Of a DNA stretch of 64,000 nucleotides, positions 49,521 through 62,606 are shown one piece after another (within the stretch, counting starts at the first letter, position 1; each line of letters starts with the position of its first letter). The notes beneath the pieces are model-generated. The model did no database searches. It saw only the letters and a list, made by a program, of their open reading frames with translations, and was not told the DNA's origin. Position numbers and translations under genes: made by a program. This DNA comes from Eledone cirrhosa. Lineage: Eukaryota. The DNA is taken from contig OZ024743.1 in assembly GCA_964016885.1 (NCBI GenBank), forward strand, positions 371,628,001 through 371,692,000, given 5' to 3'.

Positions 49521-49784
49521 ACCTATGCACTACAAACAGGACTGCGTATGAAGAACTTTTACAGATGACAGAGCCATCATCATCCTAGCAGTGACTTCAA
49601 TGGCTATGTTGGGTAGAATCAGAATGTCTACACTGGAGTACATAGTGGCTATGGCTCAGGCTCGAGAAATGAAGAGGAAGCAGGGCTCCTAGAATTTATG
49701 ATGGTGGGAGTGGAAGAATGGAGTAGGGGTAGTGGGTTAACTTTGCATGTAGGGAAGGTGGGTCTTCTGCTTGGCACCAAAGTG

Positions 49785-49990
49785 ATATTGTCGGATTTTA
49801 TCATGTCGTCCCAGGTTTTTCTGGGTCTACCTACTCCGTAACTTCCATCAATTTTGATCGCCCTACACTTTTTTATACAGCTGTTGTCTTTCATGCTCAT
49901 CACGTGACCATACCAACGTAATCTTCTCCCATGTAAACAGCATCTGATCCCTCTTATTCCTAATTTCTCACTTAGTTTGTTTATGTTTTC
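49785..49990 (-). mobile_element. RTE fragment (ORF C-terminus)
   Basis: LRWYGHVM and GRPRKTWDD motifs. Confidence 0.8.
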
Positions 49991-51169
49991 GAGGAATGCA
50001 TCACTGAAGATGTTAGTTATTAGTCACAATTGAGGGCCTTTGAACTATTGCAATATCGTATGTGTGCCTATGTATATATTACACACACACACAATATATA
50101 TATACATATGAAAGTTTGGAAATGTGAGGATCCCAAATGAAGAAAATAACTGAAATAACAGTTAGTTGCAACAGATTGGGATTCTCAAGTGTCCAAACTA
50201 AATAGATGGTAGCAACAAAAGAGTTCTTTGTAATTGAAACCTGACTATTGTTTTACATGTAAAGTAATAGTGGAGGCTTGTATGATTAGTTTACAATCAA
50301 TCTTGACTATAGCAACATTATATCAAATGCTACAATTCTGAAGGTGACGCAAACCAATATACCCTGAAGGTCAGAGACACTGACCTTATTCTAACCAAAT
50401 TGTTTTGGAGCACTAGTTTTTTTTTTTTTAAATTAAGTAAATGGGTTTTATCATAAACTGATGCTGTTATATGAATGAGGAGTTGCAATGGCCAAGTAGA
50501 TAAATGTGTTGGTCATTCAGCTGAAGGGTCCTATGTACAGCATTAAATACTATTTGATAAGACTATTTGATAAAACACCCAACAAACCTACATAGGTGTG
50601 AGTTGTAACAATAACTAAGCATTGTACTGTCCTAAAGTTAACTCTGGGGTAAAGCTCTGAATATGACTCTGCCGCATTTACTGAGTGACATGAACAGAGA
50701 GGAATAAGGCAGAAGGGTATGGTGGTGAAGCATTGAGTCGACTGGTTTGGTGGGGTTTATGGCATGGAGATAATATCCTCATGTCATACAAAAACATCTT
50801 GAAGAGCTCCAATCCCTTTGTTCTGTTTTTCAGGCATTAAACAAACAAAAGATAAAGCTCCTAATGGATAAGATGTCATTCTCTTTGGGAGTAATATTCC
50901 CAAATGATCTGGTACCTATTCTAGACCAACATATAAAATGAAACATGCAGAATTTAAGTGTCTCTCCTGGAGGAGAGACCAAAACAAAATAATGTTGTGG
51001 ATTTGAATTCAAGAATTGTAGTCCAATACCTTATCAATTTCAGCTCTGATAAAACTGTAGAATAGAACAGCATGGAAATAATTTCGTTCCAAGATAAATC
51101 AAACTACTACACAAGCAATAAGTGAGAATATTACTGGTAAGAATTGAAAATTCCAGCTTCAGTTAGATT

Positions 51170-53310
51170 GATTGATAGATGGAGAGACAGATAGATAACT
51201 TTCTATTTATTTGCCATCAAGGCATCAAAGATTGGGACAAATACAAGAGGGGGAGTTTACATACATTTCAAGGGACGTGTAAAAATATATAACAAATCAA
51301 ATTCAACAATCGAAGTCCTCAATGACGTGGGTCGCACACACACCCGAAAAAAATGTGCAACCCTCCTCCTCAGGAGCACAAAGAGCGGGTGCTCCCTTCC
51401 TCTCCTCTCTCACCTACAGGCTGATATAGAGAGAAGGCCCATTCACTCGGGCCATTCTCGCCACTTTCACCCACCTTTCATAAAACTTTCTATGGTTGAG
51501 CACCTCTCTCTCCATTCTGATCCTTCTTCTAAAATGGTACTTGAAAAAAAGGACCAGTTGTTGGCCGGATAGAAAAGTGTCTGACCTCAACCCTTTCAAC
51601 CTCGTCCACCATACAACCTCTTTCGCCATAACTATCACACAGAGGAAAACCACCTCTCCTTCGTTTTTGAAGGGGGGAGGCGGTTTCATCGTGACACTCG
51701 TTAGTCAACCGGATTGGTCCCACCAGCGACAGTAGTCGTTCCACATAGCCCCACAGGTCAGCTACGCCCAGGCAGTGTACGAATGCATGCGTGATGGTTT
51801 CCTCATCACGCACGCATTTGGGACAGATCTTCTTCGAGGGGTCCCTAGCCGGGCGTCCGTGTCTGTAGAGCTTGTCCCGAACGGGTAGAGCCCCTCGGTA
51901 GCACTGCCAAGCCAGGGACTTTTGGAAGTTGTCCATCGGTCCCGGGCCAAACGTCCTACCGAACAGGCTGGCTAGCTCGTCTTCCTCCATGCCCAGAGCC
52001 TCTCCGAGAGCGTCGTCGCACTTGCTGCGCACCAACCCTTTATAGAATGTTGAGGTGGAGTCTCCACTGATTGCCGGATCCACTTGCCAGAGGGCCGTGA
52101 GCGCCTTGGCACATTCAAAGTACCAATCGCCCACTTTTCTCGGTCTTTGCTTGACCCAGGATAGCAGCTCGGTGAGTGAGACGAGTCTCGGAAAAGCTCG
52201 CCTCACAAAAGAGGCCCACACCGGCTGACCGGTGAGGAATACCTGGAGGTACCGTAGCCTTAATTCGTGTCTACGCATCGTCAGCCACGGCATCCCCAGC
52301 CCTCCGTTCGAAGGGTGTTGACAGCAGATGGATCTTCTCACCAAAGGGGCCCGCTTCTTCCAACGGAATCGGAAGAGCGCGCGCCCCATTTTAGCGAGCG
52401 TTTTCGCTGGGCAAGGCACGACGGTCAAGCGGTAGTAGATGACGGACGTTATATAAGTGTTCGCCACCTCCGCTCGACCTTTCAGGGATAGTTTGCACTC
52501 GGCCCACTTCTGAGCGAGTGCAAACACCCTGCCCGTTACTTCGTCCCAGTTTTTCTCCACCTGGAGGTCCGGTCCGAGCAGCTTCACCGATCCCTCTGTC
52601 CAGCGTCCGACGACGCCGTCGGAAGGCATCAGCTTGCCTCTCCACGTTCCGAGTTGCAAACCGACGGACTTGTCCCGGTTCAGCTTGGCTCCTGTAAACC
52701 TTTCGTATTCCTCCAGTAAGGTGCCGATCTGCCCGATTTCCGAGGCGCACGACACCATTACTGTCACGTCATCGGCGTAGGCACCGCTTTCCACAATCCC
52801 GGTTCCAAGGGGATTCCCTGCAACAGCTCCAACTTCCGCACTAGTGGCTCGAAAGCCAGCACATACAGAAGGGAGGAGAGAGGGAATCCCTGTCGGATGG
52901 ATCGCGCGATTTGGAACGGCTCCGAGAGGTAGCCGTTCACCTTGAGCAGGTTTACTGCTGTGCATTGCAGCAATCCAGCCCCTGAAAACGGGTCCGAAGC
53001 CTGCCGCCGCGAGCACCGCATCCAGGTACCGATGGTCGACCCTATCGAACGCCTTAGATTGATCAAGGCCCCACCAAAGCCGGGTTTGTTCCCTACCCTC
53101 TCTACGATGTATCGCATGAGGTGGAGGTTGTCGTGTATGGACCTGGACGGGATTGCGCATGTCTGCGCTTCTCCCACCATGTTCCCGACGACAAGCACCA
53201 ACCTCTTCGCTAACACCTTGGCCAAAATCTTTAACTCTGTGTTTAGCAGAGTTATGAGCCTGAAGTTATCTATGTCATCCCCCTTGTTCTTGTCCTTCCT
53301 CACCAAGATA
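51170..53310 (-). mobile_element. Tx1-clade (L1 group) non-LTR retrotransposon, copy 1, 5'-truncated
   Basis: DQSKAFDRVDH, RQG.PLS, AYADDV, LSLKGRAEVAN, GGLGMP and CPKC..ETITHAFVHC; 3' UTR followed by (tcta)n. Confidence 0.9.
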
Positions 53311-53846
53311 AATAGACAGACAGACAGATAGATATATTTCTTTATTAGCCACAAGGGCGCACAAGAAAAGGGGACAATACAAAGACACACCGGGGATTTT
53401 ACATACAGTCGTGTAAAAAATATAAAAACAAACAATTACAACAATCGAAATCCCCAATAGGGGGCAGGCGCCACAAATGGGTTGTTTAATAGCCCGTCGA
53501 TAGAACAACCCTCAACTCCAGGAGCGTGTTGTGCAAGTGCTCCTTTCTTCCTTTTGCTCTCTTCCTCAACCTACAGGCTTATAAACAGAGAAGGCCCAAA
53601 CACTCGGGCCATTTTCGCTTCATTCACCCACCTTTCAGTAAATTTACTGGGGTGCAGTGCCTCTCTCTCCACCCTGATTCTCCTTCTAAAGTGATACTTA
53701 AAGAAGGGAATCAATTGTTGTCCGGAGAGAAAGGCATCTGTCCTCAGTCCTCTCAACCTCGTCCACCATATAACTTCTTTCACCATAGCCACCGTACAGA
53801 GGAAACCGCCTCTCTTTCGTTTTTGAAAGAGGCTGGCGGTTTGAAA
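53311..53846 (-). mobile_element. Tx1 copy 2 (short 3' fragment)
   Basis: Homologous to the 3' end of copies 1 and 3; (gata/gaca)n tract at 53311-53335. Confidence 0.85.
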
Positions 53847-56800
53847 ATAGATAGATGAATGGATAGATAGATAGATAGATAGATAGATGGATAGATTTCT
53901 TTATTTTCCACAAGGGCGCTCAAGAAAAGGGGACAAAACAAAGACACATGCTGGCGATTTTACATACAATTGTGTAAAAATATTGAAACAAACAAATTTA
54001 ACAATCGAAATCCCCAATAGGTGGGGAGGCGTTACAAATGGGTTGTTTAATACCCCGTCAATAGAACAACCCTCAACTTCAGGAGCGTGTTGTGCAAGTG
54101 CTCCTTTCTTCCTTTTGCTCTCTTCTTCAACCTACAGGTTTATATACAGAGAAGGCCCAATCACTCGGGCCATTTTTGCCACATTCACCCACCTTTCAGT
54201 AAATTTACTGGGGTGCAGTGCCTCTCTCTCCACTCTGATTCTTCTAACTTAAAGAAGGGAATGAATTGTTGTCCGTAGAGAAAGACATCTGTCCTCTGAA
54301 TCTTGTCCACCATATAACCTCTTTCACCATAGCCACTATACAGAGGAAAACTGCCTCTCTTTCGTTTTTGAAAAAGGCTGGCGGTTTGATCCTTACTATG
54401 GAGTCGGCAGTCAACTGGATTTGTCCCACACGCGACAGCAGTTGTTCTGCGTAGTTTCACAGGTCGGTTACGCTTGGGAAGTGTACAATTGCGTGCAAGA
54501 CGGTTTCAATGACCTGCCCGTATCTTGGACACGTCCTCTTGGAATGATCCCTGTCCGTGCCTGTAGATCTTGTCACAAACTGGTAGAGCTCCTCGGTAGC
54601 ACTGCCAGGCCAGGGACCCCCTGGAAGTTGTCCATAGGTCCCGGGCGGAAAGTCCTACCAAACAGACAGGTGAGTTCGTCATCTTTGATGCCTAGTCGCC
54701 CTTGTGTCGTACTAACCCTCTATAGAATATCTCGATTGATTGCCGTGCCCGCTTGACAGAGGAGTATGAGTGCCTGAGCGCATTCAATGTGCCAGGCACT
54801 CATCTTCTTCGGTCTCCGCTTGACCCAGGACTGCAGCTCCGTCAGCGAGATAAGTTGCGGGGAGGCCTGTCTCACAAACGGTGCCCACACCTGTTGGTCA
54901 GTGAGGAATACCTGTAGATGCCGTAGCCTCAGCTCATGCTTGCGTATCATTAGCCACGGCATTCCCAGCCCTCCGAAGGGTGTTGACAGCAGACGGATCT
55001 CCACACCAGTGGAGCCTGCTTCTTCCAAAGGAACTGGAAGAGCATGTGTTCCATCTTGGTGAGGTGTTCACGGGGACAAGGCAAGACGGTCAAGCGGTAG
55101 TAGATGACGGACGCTATGAAAGTGTTCGCCACCTCCGCTCGACCTTTCAAGGATAGTTTGCACTCTGCCCACTTCTTGGCCGCGACTTCGTTCCAGTTTT
55201 TCTCCTCCTGGAGGTGCGGACCGAACCAGACCCCGAGCAATTTCACCGGTCCTTCCGTCCAGTGTCCGACGATGCTGTTGGACGGCATCGGTTTGCCTCT
55301 CCACGTTCCTAGTTGCAAATCGACAGACTTGTCCGGGTTCAGTTTTGCTCCTGTGAGCCTTTCGTATTCCTGCAGTAAGTTGCCAATCGCCCCGATTTCC
55401 AAGGTTTTCGACACAATTACTGCCACGTCGTCGGCATAAGTCGACGCCGCTTTCTGCAGTCCCGGTTCCAACGGGATGCCCTGCAGCAGCTCCAACTTCC
55501 GCAGTAGTGGCTCTAGAGTCAGTACGTACAGAATAGAGGAGAGAGGGCATCCCTGTTGGATGGAATGCATGATTGCGAACGGCTCCGATAGGTAGCCGTT
55601 CACCTTGACCGTCGAGCACCAGCCTCTGAAGGAGGGTCCAAAACCGGCCGCCTTGAGAACCGATGGTCGACCCTATCGAACGCCTTAGACTGATCTAAAT
55701 TGATCAGAGCGTCACTGAAGCCGGGTTTACACCCCACCCTCTCTATGATGTATCGCATGAGGTGGATGTTGTCGTGTATAGACCTGCTCGGGATTGCACA
55801 CGTTTGCGCTTTCCCCACCAGGTTCTCGACGACAAGCGCCAGCCTCGTTGCTATCACCTTGGCCAAAATCTTTAACTCTGTGTTGAGCAGAGATGTGGGC
55901 CTAAAGTTGCTTAGTTCGCCCCCCCCCCCCCCCCTGTTCTCGTCTTTCCTGATCAGCGTTACGCCCCTGCTTGCAGAACTGGGAATTCTCCCATTCTGCT
56001 GCCAGTTGCAGTAGACAGCTTCGAGGACGCCCGAGAACAAGTCCGGCATGCCTATGTAAAACTCATAGGGTAGACCATCTAGACTGGGTGATTTGCGTTT
56101 CCCGCAGCGGCCCAGAGCGTCCCGTATCTCAGTGGCTGTGATCGGTTTTTCACAGAACTCGGCTTCCATTCTCGAGAGACGCGGCAGGCCATCGAGGTAT
56201 GAACCGAAGTCCATTGCCCCGTTCGGCGCACCGTCGCTCTGCTTGAACAGTTGCGCAAAGTGCCGCTGAAAGGCCGTGCACATCCGCTTGGAGTCAAGTA
56301 GCATGTGTTCGTTTTGGTCTTTCAAAGACCGAATCGTGGACTTGTTGCCACTTTTCACCACTGCCACTCGGGCCCAGCTAACAGCTTTTTCTCCCTCGTT
56401 TCCTAGAGTATGTTATTTACTTCTGACCACGCAGCCTTCATGTTTCGCATCGAAGAACTGGTCCAGTGCCATTCTCGTTGCTAGCACTCTAGCTGCATTG
56501 CCACTCCTAAGCACCTCCTCTACCTTGGCTATTAGTTCTGTTTCTGTTTTGTTTTTCTCTAAAACTAGTTCTCTGCTAAAAGCTATCGACTCTACTCTAA
56601 TTGCTCTCTTGATGGCTCCCGTCAACTGTTGCTTAACTAATCTACTTATCCGTTCCCTGTAGGCTTTACGTGTCGGTAACGACATATTCAGCTTCCAGTA
56701 TCCGGATCCTTGTCTATGTATTCTATCATGGTTGACTATACAGGAGACTAGTTTTTGGTCTGAATAGGCAACCATGTACATTTGTGGACAGCTTAACATC

Positions 56801-58413
56801 TTCTTGTCTCTCTCTCTAATAAAGAACCTATCTAGATGTCCTGCTACGGTTTGTCCACGTCCACGTCCACTGGTGCAGTCGGAAAATCTAGTCGATACCT
56901 ATCAGCCGGTTGGAATTGGCCAATTAAATGTTTGAGGCTGTCTGTTTCACTCTACTGGGACATGCTCCTACATAGTCCCATCATGTGTCTAGGATACCAT
57001 TCCAGTCCCCCACTAAAAGAAAGGAGCGAGATGTTCCCAGAAAAGACTCTAAACGCTTAAAGAAGTCTGGCTGTGATTGCCCAGTCTGAAGGCTCCACCT
57101 CCAACACTGTTCACGTCCAGGACTACCAGTCTACCCTCCGGGTCCAAGTATACTTGCTGTATTTCAAGGTCCAGGTTTTTCCGAAACATGACAGAGAGAT
57201 GCGTAGATCTCAAAGTCATTGAAGATGAGGGTTAGTTGCTGCTTGTTCTGGATCCTGGACTCGGTGATGGCTATCACATCCATACCGTGTGACCTAAGGT
57301 CGTTTAAAAGTTAGCCCTGTTTTCAGGGCATCCCTAGGCCACACACATTCTCGCTTCCAACTCGTAAATTAGCCATGTTGGTGGAGAAGAATTGGCAAAA
57401 AAAGGACGAAAAGGTGCACTTACCTTTTCGTTTCCTGGAGATCGGGTTGTTCAGGGAAGTTGTGTGTGTTTTTTTCTGTTGTTGTTGGTTGAGTGGCTGT
57501 TTGTTTTGGTGTGTTTGCTTGTTTTGTGTGGTGCTGTTGTTGTTGTTGTGGTGGTGATGGCTTTGGTGTTGGTAACAGTATTTTGTTGGATTGTTTTTAA
57601 AAGTTTGTCTGTAAAGGGTAGGAGGCCTTTAGCTGCGATGTACTGTTACATCGAAAGTAGTGTGGCCTCTTTACTTCCGTTGAAATATTTATGTGGCTGT
57701 TGTTGTCCGCCAGTACTCTTTCAGGTATTTTGGAGATTCTCTCCGGCCCCATTTGAACCAGAATCTCCAAATTTGTACCGACTACGTGTGTTTGGTTGAT
57801 TTCTTGATGGAGATGATGGTATCCCCTCCCTCCTCTAAAAGTCCTGCCAATATCCACCAAATATTAATATTTGGTGATATGTTTGAAATTTTGATTTTTT
57901 GGGGGGTTCTTTTTCCCAGGTAAGTAGGGAAAAAGGTGTATTTCTTCGAACTTATTGGCATTACTGAATATTTCTGTGCGAGGGCTTCGCTTTTCAGGAG
58001 CACCGAAATGCTCCCATACTGTCTGGCCCTCTGCATAAAGTCTATATCCGGCAAAGCCCCCTTCAACGTTGCTTCTATTTCCCCTTGACTGAGGAATGCT
58101 GGCTTTCTTGTTTCATTTGAAACAGTTCTGAAGGTAACTGTCCTTCGAAGTGTTTCAAGTCTGATTTCAGGGGGTGAGTTTATTTTAAACCCACCATTTC
58201 CTTCGAAAATTACAAATTTCTTTGCTTCAGAAAGCATCTGTCTCACCCTGGAGATATCAAGATCGTTGAAGTCTTGAGTTTGTAACTGTTTCAGCAAATG
58301 TTATTTTTTTTTGGTGTTGTTGTTGTTGTTGTGGTTGTCACTTTTTTCGTTTGTAGTTGTGTAAATTGTTTCATTTTCTGTGGTTTTTGATGTCTGTTGT
58401 AAACTGTGTGGTC
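53847..58413 (-). mobile_element. Tx1 copy 3, near full length (ORF1 plus APE-RT ORF2), decayed
   Basis: ORF2 motifs VIAITES, GYWKLN, KSPSLDGLP, RSIHDN and YADDV; ORF1 at about 57597-58400; (gata)n tract at 53850-53895. Confidence 0.88.
57597..58400 (-). pseudogene. Tx1 ORF1 (gag-like nucleic-acid-binding protein), frameshifted
   Basis: Located upstream of ORF2; KIKISNISPNI resembles the L1/Tx1 ORF1 RRM strand; RPHYFRCNSTSQLKASYP is a degenerate CCHC knuckle. Confidence 0.65.
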
Positions 58414-58414
58414 A

Positions 58415-59660
58415 CAGCTAACAAGCTTTTTCTCCCTCGTTTCCTAGAGCACGTTATTTACTTCTGACCACGCAGCCTTCGTGTTTCGCATCGAAGAACT
58501 GGTCCAGTGCCGTTCTCGTTGCTAGCACTCTAGCTGCGTTGCCACTCCTAAGCGCCTCCTCTATCCAGGCTATTAGTTCTGTTTCTGTTTTGTTTTTCTC
58601 TAATGCTTGTTCTTTACTAAAAGCTACCGACTCTACTCTAATTGCTCTCTTGAGAGAGTACCACCATCTATTGTTGATGATGGCTCCCGTCAACTGTTGC
58701 TTAACTAATCTACTTATCCGTTCCCTGTAGGCTTTACGTGTCGGTAACGACATATTCAGCTTCCAGTATCCGGGTCCTTGTCTATGTATTCTATCATGGT
58801 TGACTATACAGGTGACTAGTTTTTGGTCTGAATAGGCAACCATGTACATTTGTGGACAGCTTAACATCTTCTTGTCTTTCTCTAATAAAGAACCTATCTA
58901 AATACGATCTAGATGTCCTGCTGCGGTTTGTCTACGTCCACTGTGGTGCAGTCGGAAAATCTAGTCGATACCTATCGGCCAGTTGGAATTGGCTGATTAA
59001 ATGTTTAGGCTGTTGCCCCCCCCCCCCCCCCCCCCCTCTACTGGGACATGCTCCTACATAGTCCCATCGTGCGTCTAGGATACCATTCCAGTCCCCCCAC
59101 TAAAAGCAAGGAGCGAGACGTTCCCAGAAAAAGACTCTAGACGCTTAAAGAAGTCTGGCTGCGATTGCCCAGTCGGGGCATAAATGGCCACCAGTCTGAA
59201 GGCTCCACCTCCAACACTGTTCACGTCTAGGACTACCAGTCTAAGTGTGCTTGCTGTATTTCAAGGTCCAGGTTTTTCTAAAAATGACAGCCACTCCCCT
59301 ACACCTCCTGGCTGACAGAGATGCGTAGATCTCAAAGTCATTGAAGATGGGGGTTAGTTGCTGCCTGTTCTGGATCCTGGACTCGGTGATGGCTATCACA
59401 TCCATACCGTGTGACCTAAGGTCGTTTAAAAGTTGGCCCTGTTTCCAGGGAATCCCTAGGCCACGCACATTCACGCTTCCAACTCGTAAATTAGTCATGT
59501 TGGTGGAGAAGAGTTGGCGAAAAAGGACGAAAAGATGCACTTAGCTTTTCGTTTCTTGGAGATCGGGTTGTTCAATCTCCATTTGGCTGCTGGTGAGGGT
59601 GTTGAGTGGGGTGGGGAAACATTTTAATAGGACGCGGTTAATGGGTTTTTGACAGGGGTT
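58415..59660 (-). mobile_element. Tx1 fragment (endonuclease region), closely similar to 56377-57452
   Basis: GSVNVRGL, ITES and GPGYWKLN motifs; visibly a direct repeat. Confidence 0.88.
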
Positions 59661-62606
59661 GATGGATAGATAGATATCTTTCTTTATTTGCTACAGAAGC
59701 GTACAAAAATGGGACATTACAAGACGTGACGGCAGGGGTTTTACATAAAAATCATATAACTTTAACATTAATAAATAACAATAAACTATATATATAATAA
59801 AATAACAATTGAAATCCCCAATAGGGCGAACGTTACTACAGGGCTGTTTTACACCCCGTGGATAGAACAACCCTCAACACAAGGAACACGTTTTGTAGGT
59901 GTTCCCGTCTTCCCTCTGTTTATCTTCCTCAACTTACAGGTTTATATACAGAGAACGCCCATTCACTCGGGCCATTTTCGCCACATTCACCCACCTTTCA
60001 GCGAATTTACTGGGGTGTAGCACCTCTCTCTCCACTCTCACCTTTCTTCTGAAGTGGTACTTAAAGAAGGGGATAATTTGTTGTCCGGGGAGAAAGGTGT
60101 TTGCCCTCAGTCCACCATATTACCTCTTTCGCCATAGCCACCAGACAGAGGAAAACCGGCTCTCCTTCATTCTTAAATGAAGGTGGCGGGTTGATCCTCA
60201 CGATGGATTCGGCTGACAACTGGATGCGTCCCACACGTGACAGTAGCTGTTCAACATAATTCCACAGGTCTGTCACCCCTGGGCACTGAACAATTGCGTG
60301 CAGAACGGTTTCGATGTCCTGCTCGCATCTTGGACAGGTCCTTTTGGCAGGATCTCTGCCAGGGCGTCCGTGCCTGTAGATTTTGTCTCGAACTGGTAGA
60401 GCTCCTCGGTAGCACTGCCAGGCCAGAGACCTCTGGAAGTTATCCATAGACCCTGGACGGAAAGTCCTCCCGAACAGACTGGTCAGTTCGTCCTCCTCGA
60501 TGCCTTGAGTTTCCCCGAGAACGTCGTCGCACTTATCCTCCACTGATCCCCTATAGAATGTCGAACTGGAGTCTCCGCTGATTGCCGTTTCCGCTTGGTA
60601 GAGGGCTGTGAGCGCCTGAAGGCACTCGAGGTGCCAGTCACCCATTTTCGGTCTTCGCTTGACCCAGGGCTACAGCTCTGTTAGTGAGACGAGTTGTGGA
60701 AGAGCTTGTCTCACGAACAACAGCCACACCGGTTCACCGGTCAGGAATACCTGGAGATGGCATAGCCTCAGTGCGTGTTTGCGCATCATCAGCCATGGCA
60801 TGCCCAGAAGGGTGTTGACAGTAGATGGATCTCCTCACCAACGGAGCCTTTTTCTTCCAGAGGAACTTGAAGAGTAGGCGTTCCATTTTGGTGAGGTATT
60901 CGCGGGGACAAGGCACGACTGTTAAGCGGTAATAGATGATGGACGCTATGTAAGTGTTCGCCACCTCCGCTCGACCTTTCAAGGAGTTTGCACTCTTCTG
61001 GGTAGTGCAAACACCTTTGCCGTGACCTGGTTCCAGTTCTTGTCCACCTGGAGGTCAGGACCAAACCAGACCCCGAGCAATTTCACCGGTCCTTCCGTCC
61101 AGCGTCCAATGACACTGTCAGATGGCATGGGTTTGCCTCTCCATGTGCCGAGTTGCAAATCGACAGACTTGTTTGGGTTTAGTCTTGCTCCGTCAACGTT
61201 TCGTATTCCTGTAATAGGTTGCCGATTACCCCGATTTCCGAGGTTTTCGACACCATTACGGTTACGTCGTCGCCATAGGCCGACGCTGCTTTCCGCAGTC
61301 CTGGTTCGATCGGGATACCCTGCAACAGCTCCAGCTTCCGCAGTAATGGCTCAAGAGTCAGGTCAGTACATACAGAATGGAGGAGAGAGGGCATCCCTGA
61401 CGGATGGAACGCATGATTTGGAATGGCTCCGATAGGTAGCTATTCACCTTGATTGCCGAGCAGATGCTGGTGTGCATGGCAGCGATCCAGCCTCTGAAGA
61501 CGGGACCGAAGCGAACCGCCTTGAGAACTGCTTCCAAGTATTGATGGTTGACCCTATCAAATGCCTTAGACTGATCTTAATTGATCAGAGCCCCACCGAA
61601 GCCAGGTTTACACCCTACCCTCTCTATGATGTATCGAATGAGGTGGAGGTTGTCGTGTATGGACCTGGTTGGGATTGCACACGTTTGCGCTTCCCCTACC
61701 AGATTCTCTACAACAAGTGCCAGCCTCGTTGCTATAACCTTGGCCAAAATCTTTAACTTTGTGTTGAGCAGAGTTATGGGCCTGAAATTTCTTATCTCAT
61801 CCCCCTTGTTCTCATCTTTTCTGATCCTCGTTACTACGCCTCTGCCTACAGAACAGGGAATCCTCCCATTCTGCTGCCAGTTGCAATAGACCACTTCGAG
61901 CATGTCAGAGAACAAGTCTGGCATGCCTATGTAAAACTCATAGAGTAGGCCATCTAAACCGGGTGATTTGCGTTTCCCGCAGCGGCCTAGGGCATCTTCT
62001 ATTTCGCCCGCTGTGATCGGCCTTTCGCAGCTCTCTGCATCCGTGCTAGAGAGAGGTGGTACGCCATCGAGGTAGGAACTGAAGTCCATCACCTCGCTCG
62101 ACGTACCGCTTTGCCCGAACAGTTGTGCAAAATGCTGCTGGAAGGCCCTGCACATCTGCTTGAATTCAAGTAGAATGCGTTCATCTTTGTCTTGCAAAGA
62201 CTGAATTGTGGATTTGTTGTCACCTTTCGCCTCTGTCACTTGGGCCCAGCTAACAAATTTGGCTCCCTCGTTTCTTAGAGCACGTGTTCTACTTCTGACA
62301 ATAGAACCTTCGTGTTTCACATTGAAGAACTGGTCTAGTGCCATTCTCAGCTGTTCTGCCATTCCTAAGTGCCTCTTCTACTTTAGCTACCAGTTCCTTT
62401 TCAGTTTTTTTTTTTTCTAAAGCTACTTCCTTGCTAAATGCTATTGATTCTATTCTAATTGCTCTATTGAGTGAGTTCCACCACCTGTTGTTGACGATCG
62501 CCCCCATCAACTGGCACTTAACTAAGGTGCTAATCCATTTACTGTAGGCCTTACGCGCCGGAAGCGACATGTTTAGCTTCCAGTATCCGGGTCCCTGTCT
62601 ATGTGT
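59661..62606 (-). mobile_element. Tx1 copy 4, 5'-truncated
   Basis: KSPGLDGL, NFRPITLLN, YGDDV and CPRC..ETVLHAIVQC; (gata)n tract at about 59663-59675. Confidence 0.9.

Noticed and set aside
49995-50040. Hammerhead ribozyme near the Penelope fragment (ctgaagatg)
   Set aside because: No matching GAAA core or closing stems were found by eye.
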